Virus record (IMG/VR): IMGVR_UViG_3300036771_000036 | Span: 7,334-71,333 of that record | Direction: 5' to 3' (one strand) | From: a virus | Length of the DNA stretch: 64,000 nt | Part shown: piece after piece, positions 9,726 through 20,002 of the stretch | Numbering within the stretch: the first letter of the stretch is position 1 | Layout of the letters: every line of letters starts with the position of its first letter | The notes under the pieces: model-generated | Databases searched by the model: none | What the model was told of the DNA's origin: nothing | Seen by the model: the letters and a program-made list of their open reading frames with translations, nothing else | Made by a program: the position numbers and the translations under genes

Positions 9726-9853
9726 TCCGCTTGTTTTTCCTTCAAGCGTTCTTCCTTTTCTTTTCGCCTGATTCTTCGTTCGTTGATAATCAGTGTTACG
9801 AGCGAGAGGATGAAGGATAAGGAAGGAAGTATGTATGGAATCCAGTCTTTCAT
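9677..9853 (-). CDS. 58-aa type I toxin-like peptide (YonT-like)
   Basis: MKDWIPYILPSLSFILSLVTLII then a highly basic tail; strong GGGGGTGA RBS; own promoter. Confidence 0.7.
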   Translation of the reverse strand: MKDWIPYILPSLSFILSLVTLIINERRIRRKEKEERLKEKQAEMKNGAYPPRRDKHRK

Positions 9854-9881
9854 GGTGTCACCCCCTCTCTTCCACTTCTTT

Positions 9882-9910
9882 ATTATATCATATGTATCTT
9901 TATTCTTCAA
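9882..9910 (-). promoter_or_regulatory. sigmaA promoter of the toxin-like operon
   Basis: TTGAAG-17nt-TATAAT with TG extension on the minus strand. Confidence 0.7.
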
Positions 9911-10024
9911 GTGTTATTTTATCGTTATTGAAATTGTATGAGCGTTACATCATTGTTAACTGCATTGTTAATGCTACTTCATTGTAATATACTGGATGCA
10001 TCATATAGAGAGATGGTGTGTTTA

Positions 10025-10342
10025 ATGGTAGCTAATGAAGTACATGGATGGTATATAGTTGGTGAAGTATTGACTCTTAGAATGATGATTGAGACAGATA
10101 ATAATTTCAAATTTGATGTAGTAATTACAATTGATAGAGAGAATGAAACGTATAGCTATGTAGAGAATCCATATTATGAAAATGAAAAAATCAAAAATGA
10201 AAATCAAATTTCAAATGAGGAAATAGAATTAGAGTTGGCCGAGAGTGTGCGTGGTATATTATTAGGATTGAGCACCATTCAAAGTTTAGCAGATGACCCA
10301 GACTATGTAGAGTACACAGATAGTATATTGGAGTGGTTATAG
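10025..10342 (+). CDS. hypothetical acidic protein
   Basis: ORF 9938..10342; likely start MVANE at 10025 after a purine-rich RBS. Confidence 0.55.
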   Translation: MVANEVHGWYIVGEVLTLRMMIETDNNFKFDVVITIDRENETYSYVENPYYENEKIKNENQISNEEIELELAESVRGILLGLSTIQSLADDPDYVEYTDSILEWL

Positions 10343-11010
10343 ATATAACGAGTGGATGAGATGGTACATGTGAGAGAAGATATAGTGATAGCTGATTAAG
10401 TTGCAAACAATATAGTTGTGGATAAAGTGTTAATAAGTCATGATATTCGGTTACACTGTTACCCTCACGATAATTAACCGCAGCCCCCTATATGGATTCG
10501 AAATATTGAAAATTCAAAGTTGAATCCTCAAATTTGGTAATTTTTTTACAATTATCGATCCATGCTAGAGTCATTCCGTCAAGGTGGTGGTGAGTGTCCT
10601 AAGGAGCATACAAGGTATCTTATGTATTCCTTAGAGACAGGATGGGGGGTATATTTACACCCAAAAATGAGGTTAAATTTCCAAATATTCCGACAGCACT
10701 TATACCTACACCGCAATGTTGGATTTCCACTCTATTCCCTAATTTAAGCCTGTTTTACATCGTAAATGGTATCGTAGTCTATATCGTAAACTCCGCATAA
10801 ATACTAGCTTTTTAACCTATTTCCTCTTTAGTTGGTCACCTCAAATTTGCTCCATCTCACTCATATTCATCGCTTTTATTACCGTTATCCCTTGATACAT
10901 AAGCATTTTCACGATGTCAGCATGCCAATTACACATGATTTCACCTTCAACCCTTGATATATAAGGGTTCTTTGTTGTTTCACGATATAACTCAATTTGG
11001 AGGACGATAA

Positions 11011-11130
11011 ATGAATACACGAGAAGAAGAATTAGCAGCAATTAAATTAAAGTTGGATCAACTATATGACCGCATTGTAAGAGAAAGCGAAGTAGATGCG
11101 TACTATGACAAAAGGATGATCCATAAATGA
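11011..11130 (+). CDS. 39-aa peptide not in the ORF track
   Basis: GGAGG RBS; MNTREEELAAIKLKLDQLYDRIVRESEVDAYYDKRMIHK; ATGA overlap with the next gene. Confidence 0.6.
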   Translation: MNTREEELAAIKLKLDQLYDRIVRESEVDAYYDKRMIHK

Positions 11131-11393
11131 TTAAGCCAATCCGACCAACTGTAGTTACTCTTTCTAACCCAGAATTTGAACAGTTTAATGATTATGCAGT
11201 GAGCACCAATAAGACACAAAGTATTGGAATGGATAATATGAGACATCTCATGGCTGAGTTTAGAAAGCATACTAATACTGGGTTGAAAAAAGCAGCATTG
11301 CGAGCTGGTGGATCTCTAAAGACTAAAAACTATATTGATTCACAGGAGATTTGTCGTGAAGTGAGGTATGGATATGGTTGGGATGAGGATTAG
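11127..11393 (+). CDS. small protein, possible antitoxin-fragment fusion
   Basis: N-terminal KPIRPT module shared with 41275..41664; C-terminal GSLK..IDSQEICREVR..W. Confidence 0.6.
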   Translation: MIKPIRPTVVTLSNPEFEQFNDYAVSTNKTQSIGMDNMRHLMAEFRKHTNTGLKKAALRAGGSLKTKNYIDSQEICREVRYGYGWDED

Positions 11394-11586
11394 ACCAACA
11401 CTGACTGGTAAAGATGCAGACAGATTCATAACAAGAATGAGAAATAACGAACTGAATATGAAACAGCATGCAGCTAAACAAATTGAGAGGTATAAACTAT
11501 TTAACGATAATCTGGGAGGGAAGAACAAATTTTTAACTATGGACAGCAAGTCTGGGGATCAGCAGACATCAATAAACAAGTTGTAA
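11368..11586 (+). CDS. small protein, possible antitoxin fragment
   Basis: PTLTGKDADRFI matches PTLEGEDAKRLL in 41989..42321. Confidence 0.6.
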   Translation: MDMVGMRIRPTLTGKDADRFITRMRNNELNMKQHAAKQIERYKLFNDNLGGKNKFLTMDSKSGDQQTSINKL

Positions 11587-11900
11587 TTACCAACACCAAC
11601 AATACATTTACTTTTAGTGTAGATGGTACTCCTTATACATTAACAATTCCTAACGGAAAGTATAACAACATAAGAGATTTGTATGAATCCGAGTTGATTC
11701 AAGCATTGACTACGATGGCTAGTCAACAAAATATCCCGGTAATATTCCGCTTTGGTGGAATGCACTATGATGAAGTTTATGAAGTACTAATTATTGAACA
11801 TACAAACAAAGCAAACGAACATGTAATTGATAGTTTTACTGGTAGTGCTCAAGATACGTTATTCGGTAGTGTGAAATTTAACCTACCACCAAGAGATTAA
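11529..11900 (+). CDS. hypothetical beta-rich protein, probable ATT start
   Basis: Track ORF 11679..11900 extends in frame to ATT 11529, just after GGGAGGG; in-frame stop lies upstream of the RBS. Confidence 0.55.
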   Translation: MFNYGQQVWGSADINKQVVITNTNNTFTFSVDGTPYTLTIPNGKYNNIRDLYESELIQALTTMASQQNIPVIFRFGGMHYDEVYEVLIIEHTNKANEHVIDSFTGSAQDTLFGSVKFNLPPRD

Positions 11901-11931
11901 TCCAAAATAATATATAGGGAGAGTATATATA

Positions 11932-12132
11932 ATGGCAAAGAATAAGGATACAAAGAACGTTAATCGTACAGGTGTGCTTAGCATGGATGATATGACTATT
12001 ACATACAAGGATAAAGATACTACTACAATCTTTGATTTGAAAGCACTGTTGCAGGAGTTTGATGGTGAACAATTTTCAATTACTATGAGTTCAGATTTCA
12101 ATCCTAGCCATGTGTTGGAGGAAACTGAATGA
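11932..12132 (+). CDS. YonK-like small protein
   Basis: GVLSMDDMTIT...FDLKALLQEFDGEQFSIT; precedes the YonJ-like gene as in SPbeta. Confidence 0.7.
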   Translation: MAKNKDTKNVNRTGVLSMDDMTITYKDKDTTTIFDLKALLQEFDGEQFSITMSSDFNPSHVLEETE

Positions 12133-13313
12133 TCCATAATGAACTACTAAAGCAATCCGATGAATCAATCAATGATTATCTAATTCGACTTGGCGACAAC
12201 CAAGAGCTGTACGGTTTAACATGGATGCAAACTGCTGACCTACTTAACAAAGAGTCTGGCGATGAGTATTCAGAGTCTAGATGGCGTAAAAAGTATTCTG
12301 CTTATTTGGAATGGAAGCCTGTTGTACTTGAAAAATATGCTAACAATGAGATAGCTGACGAATTACGTGATGCTACATTGGAAGCTAAAAAGGAAAAGTT
12401 TAAGTTACAGGATCAGAAGCGCGAATTGAACAATCTTATTAGGCAGCAAGCAAGATACGAACACTTGAAAGATGAAGTTTCACTAGCCATTAATGAATTA
12501 GCTAAAGTTAAGCCACTTAAGTTTGAAGCTAACCCCAAAATTGGGGGCATTAAAAAAGGTGTTGCTCTTTGGTCAGACTGGCACATTGGATCTGATTTCG
12601 CCAATAGCTTCAATACATATAATACAGAAGTGTTTCGTAATCGACTTGAACATCTAATTAACAAGACAATTGAGCATGCCAAAGCAAATAATGTTACAGA
12701 TTTGATCGTTGCCAATCTTGGCGATGCAATCTCTGGAGCGATTCATGTATCTACACGAGTACAATCCAGTGAAGATGTAATTCGTCAGATTCAAATTGCA
12801 GCCGAAGCCATGTCTGAGTCACTTGTAGAGTTATCAAAGTATTTCAATACAATCAAGTTCATCAATATTATTGGCAACCACTCAAGATTGGTTAGCAATA
12901 AGAATGAATCATTGTTCACAGAGAACCTAGAATATCTGATTCCATGGTTTATGGATGCTCGTTTGAAGAATGTTAGTAACATCGAAATTGTTAAAGATTC
13001 AGATGGTTTCAGTGTGGAAGAGATTGAAGGGGAATCATTTGTATTTTGTCACGGTGATTTGGATTCAGCTCAAACATCTGCCAAAAACATTCCTCAGATT
13101 CTTGGCATTGTGCCTAAAGCTATTTTCTCAGCTCATATTCATCATAATTATGAAAAGGAATTTGGCAAGACAGAGACGATTGTAAATGGAAGTATGATGG
13201 GTGTAGATGATTACGCTGTGTCAAAGAGATATTACGCATCACCAATGCAGAAGTTTATTGTGTTAGATGGCAATGAGATTGAATGTACATATAAGATTAA
13301 GTTTAACAACTGA
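12129..13313 (+). CDS. calcineurin-like metallophosphoesterase (YonJ-like)
   Basis: SDWHIG, LGDAISG, GNH, CHGD, SAHIHH motifs. Confidence 0.85.
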   Translation: MIHNELLKQSDESINDYLIRLGDNQELYGLTWMQTADLLNKESGDEYSESRWRKKYSAYLEWKPVVLEKYANNEIADELRDATLEAKKEKFKLQDQKRELNNLIRQQARYEHLKDEVSLAINELAKVKPLKFEANPKIGGIKKGVALWSDWHIGSDFANSFNTYNTEVFRNRLEHLINKTIEHAKANNVTDLIVANLGDAISGAIHVSTRVQSSEDVIRQIQIAAEAMSESLVELSKYFNTIKFINIIGNHSRLVSNKNESLFTENLEYLIPWFMDARLKNVSNIEIVKDSDGFSVEEIEGESFVFCHGDLDSAQTSAKNIPQILGIVPKAIFSAHIHHNYEKEFGKTETIVNGSMMGVDDYAVSKRYYASPMQKFIVLDGNEIECTYKIKFNN

Positions 13314-13512
13314 CGTCCTTGTAGGACGTTGGTTCAACTAAGCAAGAATACATAATTCGATCACCTGATTGCTCATACAGAATCGGGTTATTTCTTATTT
13401 ATTTTTGTTGAGTAGGTTGTTCCTGTACTAAGGAATGTAAAACGGGCTCTCCCTCCCAACCCTACTTATCATTTCTTTTTATGGGAGTTAGATAAAAGGA
13501 AGGTGAAAACTA

Positions 13513-14577
13513 TTGGGAGAAAGAGAACGTAAAGTATGTAGAACTTGCGACAATGAACACAATAAAAGTGAATTCTATGCAAGCTACAATAAATTCGATA
13601 AAGATGGGAAGCTAAGTATATGCAAGACCTGTCTTAAAAAAAGTATAGATTATAACGATATCAACACAGTCAAAGATGTCCTGTTGAATATTAATAGACC
13701 ATTTATTTTATCCATTTGGGATTCAGCTAGAGAAGAGGCAGACACAAAGAGATCTCATGACTATTTTGGTTACTATATAAAATCAATTGGGATGAAGGAC
13801 TTTAAAGACTTAAGCTGGTTAGATAGTGATTCCAATGAATCTACTAAAAAAAGAGATAACGCTCGATTTGTAATCAAACGTGAATTGCTTTCCAATGAAC
13901 ATACACAAGAAGAACAGGAACGCTTAGACTTTCTAAAAACGAGTGAGTCTAGTAAAAAAGATATTATCAAATTAATAGGGCATGATCCTTTTATTTATGA
14001 GAGAACAGATGACAAGCCCTTACTTTACAATAGGTTAGTAGACTTTCTAGATGAAGGAACCCTAGAGGATGGGTTCAAATTACCTACTGTGATTGAGATA
14101 GTTAAAGGATTTAATCAATTGGATAAGTTAAACAATGCAATTGCATCAATGAATACAGATATTGATGCCCTTGTGAAGCATCCCGGTCAAATAAAATCTC
14201 TAGTTGAAACGAAGGATAAGTTATATAAGTCCATTCTTGCACTTGCTAAAGATAATGGCATATCAGTCAATCATAATAACAACAAGAGTAAGGGTGCTGG
14301 CACTTTGAGTGCAATAATCAAAGATTTGCAGGAAAAGGGATTCGAAGAGGCTAGTATCAACTTGTTTGATATTGAAACATCTGAGGGAATGAAGCAGGTT
14401 GCTGATATTAGTAATAAGAGTATCATGGATCAATTATTATTTGATGAAAATGACTATTCTGAAATGATTATAGAGCAGAGAGAAAGCTTGCTACGACTTC
14501 AAAGTGAGAATGAATCGTTACAAGAAGAGTTAAGGCGTTTTAAAAACTCGCTTAGAAGTGGTGAGTTAAATGTCTAA
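13513..14577 (+). CDS. zinc-finger protein, probable terminase small subunit (YonG-like)
   Basis: CRTC...ICKTC; coupled to the terminase large subunit. Confidence 0.6.
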   Translation: MGERERKVCRTCDNEHNKSEFYASYNKFDKDGKLSICKTCLKKSIDYNDINTVKDVLLNINRPFILSIWDSAREEADTKRSHDYFGYYIKSIGMKDFKDLSWLDSDSNESTKKRDNARFVIKRELLSNEHTQEEQERLDFLKTSESSKKDIIKLIGHDPFIYERTDDKPLLYNRLVDFLDEGTLEDGFKLPTVIEIVKGFNQLDKLNNAIASMNTDIDALVKHPGQIKSLVETKDKLYKSILALAKDNGISVNHNNNKSKGAGTLSAIIKDLQEKGFEEASINLFDIETSEGMKQVADISNKSIMDQLLFDENDYSEMIIEQRESLLRLQSENESLQEELRRFKNSLRSGELNV

Positions 14578-16381
14578 AGAGTCGATGTCTACAAGAAAAA
14601 TTGAGGGTTATCTAAAGTTAGCGAAGATTATCCAATGGGGTAGAAAAAATCCTGTACGATTCGTAGAACGATTTTTAGGTATGGAACTATTAGACTATCA
14701 AAAGTATGCATTCATGCAAAGTTGGTCAACACAGTATGTTTTATGGTGTATGGGTCGATCTAGCGGAAAAACTACATTGGGTTCACCTTTTATTATGACA
14801 AAATCATTATTGATCCCTAACTTTGAAGCCTATATATTAGCTGGTGTTGGATCGCAATCGCAAGAGATGTTCATGAAAATTGAGAAGATTGCTAAAAAAG
14901 AAATCACTTCCTTCACAGGTTTGACCGATATCTTCTACAATGAGACAGTAAAAAGCTCAGCGAATACAGATGGTTTCACTCACAACCCTGCATCATTCTC
15001 TTATAAGCTATATAATGCCGCTACTGTAAAATCTCTTAATGGTTCCTTCGATAACAACAGGAGTAAGCGTAGTAATTTAAACTTTTACGATGAAAGTGGA
15101 TTCGCACCTGATGAACTATTCACAACCTCTGAACCATTCACCACACAGAACAGTGACTTTAGATTAGGTGGAGATGTGGATGTCACTCTTTTACCTAAGC
15201 AATTCCCCAATCAACTGATTTATGCCTCCTCCGCTTCCTCTACTGATACATACTTCTATAGAAAGTATAAAGATTTCTCGAAGAAGATGTTCCTAGGTGA
15301 TAAACGGTATTTTGTTGCTGACATTAGCAGTGATGTCGTTATTAATGCTACGTACAACGGGAAACTTTATGGTGTACCTCTTTTATCGAAAGAGACAGTT
15401 GAGACCGCTATTCGTGAAAATAGTGAAAAAGCTATGCGTGAATACAAAAACATCTTCACTACAGAGGGCTCAGACCAACAGATAATTAAGCGCGCATCAA
15501 TTATCCGAAACTCCAAAGTAAGTGTTCCTGTTTTAGCCAATGAAGGTAAAAAGAAATTTGTGCTTGCTGTTGACCCTGCGAGACAACATGATAATTCAAT
15601 TTGCACACCTGCCGAATTCTATTTTGATGAGAATGTTGGATGGAGGATGAACATTAGCAACTCTGTAAGTTTTGTGGATGTAGCAAAGAAGAAGAAAACA
15701 CCTAAGAAAACTCCTGATCAAATTAAACATTTCAAACAAATGTTGCTGGATTACAATGGCTCAGAATCAGCAGATTATGAGAATATATTACAAGTCTTGA
15801 TAGATTCTGGTGCAGGTGGATCTGGTGTTTCCTCTTGGGCTGATGGATTATTGGATGATTGGGAAGATTCAAAGGGATACAAACACAAAGGTCTTATTGA
15901 TGCCACTCACCATGAATATTCCATCCATGCAAACAAGTATCCTTCAGCGAGTAAGATGGTAACTTTAGTTTCGCCTAGTAAGTTTAAAACGGACATGTTT
16001 GATGCATTGATTGAAATGATGAATCTGGACTTGATCACCTTTACTGAGAGCTATGACGGGAAAGGTTCTTTGCATTTTGTTGAGGAGGATGGACAACATA
16101 AGGAATATAAGTTGTCACTTGATGAAGAAATAGCTTTGAAGAATGTAGATTTAGCCAAAGAAGAATTGGTTAGCATTTATTCATTCAAATCTACAAATGG
16201 AAATGTGCGCTATGACTTGCCACCAGAAAAACTAAATAAAATTGGTGATGATAGAGCATACACCATTGCAATGTTGGCGTGGTACTTGCGAAATCTAAGA
16301 CGTGAGAGTATTACTAAGAAATCTTCTAAGAAGATAGATTGGGCAAATGCTCCATCATTTGTATCGAAAATAGAATTTTAA
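14570..16381 (+). CDS. terminase large subunit (YonF-like)
   Basis: Walker A GRSSGKTT, Walker B NFYDESG, nuclease LAVDPA and GDDRAY. Confidence 0.9.
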   Translation: MSKESMSTRKIEGYLKLAKIIQWGRKNPVRFVERFLGMELLDYQKYAFMQSWSTQYVLWCMGRSSGKTTLGSPFIMTKSLLIPNFEAYILAGVGSQSQEMFMKIEKIAKKEITSFTGLTDIFYNETVKSSANTDGFTHNPASFSYKLYNAATVKSLNGSFDNNRSKRSNLNFYDESGFAPDELFTTSEPFTTQNSDFRLGGDVDVTLLPKQFPNQLIYASSASSTDTYFYRKYKDFSKKMFLGDKRYFVADISSDVVINATYNGKLYGVPLLSKETVETAIRENSEKAMREYKNIFTTEGSDQQIIKRASIIRNSKVSVPVLANEGKKKFVLAVDPARQHDNSICTPAEFYFDENVGWRMNISNSVSFVDVAKKKKTPKKTPDQIKHFKQMLLDYNGSESADYENILQVLIDSGAGGSGVSSWADGLLDDWEDSKGYKHKGLIDATHHEYSIHANKYPSASKMVTLVSPSKFKTDMFDALIEMMNLDLITFTESYDGKGSLHFVEEDGQHKEYKLSLDEEIALKNVDLAKEELVSIYSFKSTNGNVRYDLPPEKLNKIGDDRAYTIAMLAWYLRNLRRESITKKSSKKIDWANAPSFVSKIEF

Positions 16382-16396
16382 GAAAGGAGGAACATT

Positions 16397-17986
16397 GTGG
16401 CAGATAAAAAAGAAGAGTTTGAAGTTTTAATCCCAAATAAGATTGATGAAGACACTGTTTCTATAATTGGCACATCTGAAGAAATTGGAAAACGATGGCT
16501 TGAACAAGCTATGTATCAATTTAATAGTTCAAACAATCAATATTCTACATATCTCAACGAAGAAACATATGGCGATACGAAGACTAGTTCAAAAGAACTT
16601 GAAATGTTAGCTGATAACCCTCAAGGAAATCTTGAAAAAATTCGTAAAGTGAACTCAATTATTAAATTCTATATAAACAAAGATGACTTAATTGGGAAAG
16701 TGTATGAGACTATTGAAAGTAACATAAACACAGAATTCAGACTTTCATTTCCAACGATCAAGAATGGAAAAACTACTTTAATGGATGATGTGAAACGTCT
16801 AATTGAGAGTTTTAATAAGCAAATCAATCTCAAACAGTTATTGCGTAAAGCTATTCCAATTGCCTATGCAGAGGGAAATTATCCTATGTATCTTCGCTCT
16901 AAGGGAGACAGTTACATAGTTGATCACTATTCATTAGGTGTGCTAGAGGTTAGCGACTATGAAATTGGTGGAGAGCCAGTCTTACTAATCAATATGAATG
17001 AACTAAAGTCAAGACTACAGAAAACAAACATAAAGACTAGAAAAGGCAAAAAGTTGTTCTTCGATAAACTAGATGAGGAAATTAAAGAGAACTACCCAGA
17101 GGAAATCTATAGAGGCTACACAGAGAAAGATACATACGTAAAACTGAATGTAGAAAATACAGGGATAATTCGTGTTAACAATATGAACAGGAAATACGGT
17201 TTATCTCCTATATTTAGAACTCTAAGTTCTTCCCTCATTCTTGAAACGTTCGATAGAAGTGATCGCATTAATGCTAGAGCAAAAGCAAAGAAGATTATCT
17301 TCTTAAAATTACATAAGGAGATACTTGGAACTGATTATAACAGGCAATCATTCGAAGAGATGGCTTATACACATGAGAACTTTTTGAAAGCTTGGAAGAA
17401 TGAAACTGTTATATTTACTCCTCCAGCTTTTGTTGAAGACATTAAGTACATTGAACCAAAAACTGAATCTACAAACATCAACAATGTACTCTACCATCGA
17501 AACAAACAAATGACATCATTAGGTATTGGTTTCTTAAGTGTGGGTGATGGTCAGACATACACATCTGCAAACATTTCAGTTAATGAATTAATGAAAACAA
17601 TTAATAAAATTTGTGAGCAATTGCAAGACATAATTGAGAAATGGTACAGAGTTGTATTGCAAGACAATAACATTCCATTGGATTACTGTCCAACTCTCAA
17701 ACTGTTGCCTTCCGAGGAACTTGATAAAGAGCTTAAACTAAAATTAGCTGAGTTGCTTTATAGTAAATTCAACTCCTCGTTAGAGACAGCTTATGGGCTT
17801 TTAGGTATCAATGTTGAAGATGAAAAGCAAAAGAGAATCAAAGAAAACGAACAAAATTACGAACAAATCTTTACTCCACGCTCCACCTCCTACACCAATT
17901 CTGGAAATACAGATAGTGGTAGACCTGTAGATAACAATAATCCAGACAAACAAGTTCAGGATCAAGATAGAAGGAATGGTCAATGA
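16397..17986 (+). CDS. portal protein (YonE-like)
   Basis: 529 aa directly after the terminase; RKYGLSPIF motif; synteny. Confidence 0.75.
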   Translation: MADKKEEFEVLIPNKIDEDTVSIIGTSEEIGKRWLEQAMYQFNSSNNQYSTYLNEETYGDTKTSSKELEMLADNPQGNLEKIRKVNSIIKFYINKDDLIGKVYETIESNINTEFRLSFPTIKNGKTTLMDDVKRLIESFNKQINLKQLLRKAIPIAYAEGNYPMYLRSKGDSYIVDHYSLGVLEVSDYEIGGEPVLLINMNELKSRLQKTNIKTRKGKKLFFDKLDEEIKENYPEEIYRGYTEKDTYVKLNVENTGIIRVNNMNRKYGLSPIFRTLSSSLILETFDRSDRINARAKAKKIIFLKLHKEILGTDYNRQSFEEMAYTHENFLKAWKNETVIFTPPAFVEDIKYIEPKTESTNINNVLYHRNKQMTSLGIGFLSVGDGQTYTSANISVNELMKTINKICEQLQDIIEKWYRVVLQDNNIPLDYCPTLKLLPSEELDKELKLKLAELLYSKFNSSLETAYGLLGINVEDEKQKRIKENEQNYEQIFTPRSTSYTNSGNTDSGRPVDNNNPDKQVQDQDRRNGQ

Positions 17987-18123
17987 AATTAACGATCTCT
18001 TGTCCATGCTGTAATACTGAACTTGAGGTAGAAGTTACCCACAAGAAAGAAAAAGTGAATTTAAGCGAATTAAATGAACACTTGGATATTCTAGATATTG
18101 AACTAGCTGAAGGAGGTGAATAA
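17983..18123 (+). CDS. 46-aa CPCC-motif peptide not in the ORF track
   Basis: MKLTISCPCCNTELEVEV...; ATGA overlap with the portal stop; its end carries the next gene's RBS. Confidence 0.6.
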   Translation: MKLTISCPCCNTELEVEVTHKKEKVNLSELNEHLDILDIELAEGGE

Positions 18124-18130
18124 ATAGAAA

Positions 18131-19501
18131 GTGGAAACAACTAATTTTACCAGCCAGTTCAACATTATTTTGAGTGAGTCTGATGAGAACTCAACTAAAG
18201 CAGATGTGAAATTTGTAATTTGTGACTTTGATCCTAATAAGAATGACGTTTCTTTGAATAGAGAGACTATCGAGAGTTGGGTTTCTACACTAGTTGGTCA
18301 ACCTGTTGTAGGTAAAGTAGAAGTATCTAGTACAGGTGCTGTCGATTTTACTAGTCACAATGCAAAAATAGTTGAAAAAGCAGATGCTAAAGGTAAAAAA
18401 TATAAAACTATTGAGTTCGATACTTCAGCATTCGGTATGTTCAACAATGTATCTATTGAAACAATTGATGACAAAGAATATATCGTAGCAAATGCTCATA
18501 TTTGGAAGAGATACGATCAAGCATACAAGGTACTCAAAACTAGAGCCGATTCAATTAAAACATCTTGGGAAATTAAAGTATCTGAAAGCCACACAGAAAC
18601 AATTGATGGACGTACAGTGAAGGTTATTGATAAAGGCGAGTTCTTTGGGCATGCCCTATTAGGATCGTCAGTATCTCCAGCGTATGACTCCAGCGGCGTT
18701 GTTCAAGTTGCATCTGTTGATGGGGTTGATTTTGAGTTAGCTGAAGCGTTATGTTCAGATATTGAAAAACAGGAACAAGGAAAGGAGGAAGATACGTTGT
18801 CTAAAAATAACACAGAAGTATCTGCACTCTCTGCACGAGATTTACATCAGAAAGTACAAGAAGCTTTGAATCCAAAGGGTTATTCAAGCAATCCGTACTA
18901 CTCGGTTTGGGAAGTCTATCCTGAAGAACATAAGGTATTGGCTTATGATATTGATCGCAGTTCAAATGATAATTATATGGTATTCACGTACTCGATTGCT
19001 GATGATACCGTAACAATTGGAGAAGGAGCAGAAGCTAAGTTGAGTCAACTATTGGCAGATAAGGAGCCAGTAGTATCACTAAGTAAGCAAGTCAATGAAC
19101 TATCCGAAAAGCTTGAACAGAAGAATACAGAGTTGATTGAAGCTAGTGAGCAAATTGTTACTTTAGAGTCTTCGATTGCTGAATTGGAGCCACTCAAAGC
19201 CGAATTCGAAGCTGCTGAACAAGCTCGAATCGAAAATGAACTAGCTGAAAAAAGAAACCAACTTAAAGAGATGGCAACTAAAAGTGGATACATAACCAGT
19301 GAAGAACTAGAAACAAGCGAAATCAAACAGCTAATTGATGAAGCTGACGAAAATGGCGTTAAACTACTGATTGCTGAAAGAGTAGTAGCCCAAAATGGCA
19401 ACAAAAATAAAGGCGCAGGACAACAAGAAAGAAAAGTAATCAATTCTGATGATGAGACTTTTGATTATAGAACAATTTTGTCATCACTAATTCGAAAATA
19501 A
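18131..19501 (+). CDS. prohead protease/scaffold (YonD-like)
   Basis: TSWEI and GHALLG..VSPAY protease-type motifs plus an acidic coiled-coil C-terminus. Confidence 0.75.
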   Translation: METTNFTSQFNIILSESDENSTKADVKFVICDFDPNKNDVSLNRETIESWVSTLVGQPVVGKVEVSSTGAVDFTSHNAKIVEKADAKGKKYKTIEFDTSAFGMFNNVSIETIDDKEYIVANAHIWKRYDQAYKVLKTRADSIKTSWEIKVSESHTETIDGRTVKVIDKGEFFGHALLGSSVSPAYDSSGVVQVASVDGVDFELAEALCSDIEKQEQGKEEDTLSKNNTEVSALSARDLHQKVQEALNPKGYSSNPYYSVWEVYPEEHKVLAYDIDRSSNDNYMVFTYSIADDTVTIGEGAEAKLSQLLADKEPVVSLSKQVNELSEKLEQKNTELIEASEQIVTLESSIAELEPLKAEFEAAEQARIENELAEKRNQLKEMATKSGYITSEELETSEIKQLIDEADENGVKLLIAERVVAQNGNKNKGAGQQERKVINSDDETFDYRTILSSLIRK

Positions 19502-19520
19502 AATATACGGAGGAATAAAA

Positions 19521-19970
19521 ATGCTTAGAAGTCTACAAACACACCCACATAAAGTTGCCGATGCAACATTTACAGCAGCAACACCAGTTGTTCGAGGACA
19601 GCTTGTACAAAAAGATTTTGCAACTAAAACAGCAGTAACACCAACATCTCAAGAAGGTCTTTATTTTGCCAATAGAGACAATTACCCTACAGGTTTGATG
19701 AGTGTGGAAGGTGAGCTGTCTGATTACGATGAACGATTTGAAAATATTAAAGCTGGCGAATCTCTTGTTCTTGAAGTCCCACTTTCGGGCGAAGTCTTTG
19801 GGACAGACCAATTTGTTGAAAGCGGATTGACTGTCGGAGACTATTTGGAAGTTGAAACAACTGGTTCTAATGCACGAAAACTCAAAAAAGCTTCTGCTGC
19901 TACGAAGTTCCGTTATGGTGGAACCACTAACGATAATGGTTACACACTTGCAGTAATTGAAGTTATCTAA
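19521..19970 (+). CDS. head decoration/cement-like protein
   Basis: 149 aa between scaffold and major capsid protein. Confidence 0.55.
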   Translation: MLRSLQTHPHKVADATFTAATPVVRGQLVQKDFATKTAVTPTSQEGLYFANRDNYPTGLMSVEGELSDYDERFENIKAGESLVLEVPLSGEVFGTDQFVESGLTVGDYLEVETTGSNARKLKKASAATKFRYGGTTNDNGYTLAVIEVI

Positions 19971-20002
19971 TAAACGAGAATCCAAGGAGGATACAAAATA
20001 AT

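Noticed and set aside
10562-11041. ORFs 10562..10747 and 10841..11041
   Set aside because: No RBS and atypical composition; probably non-coding.
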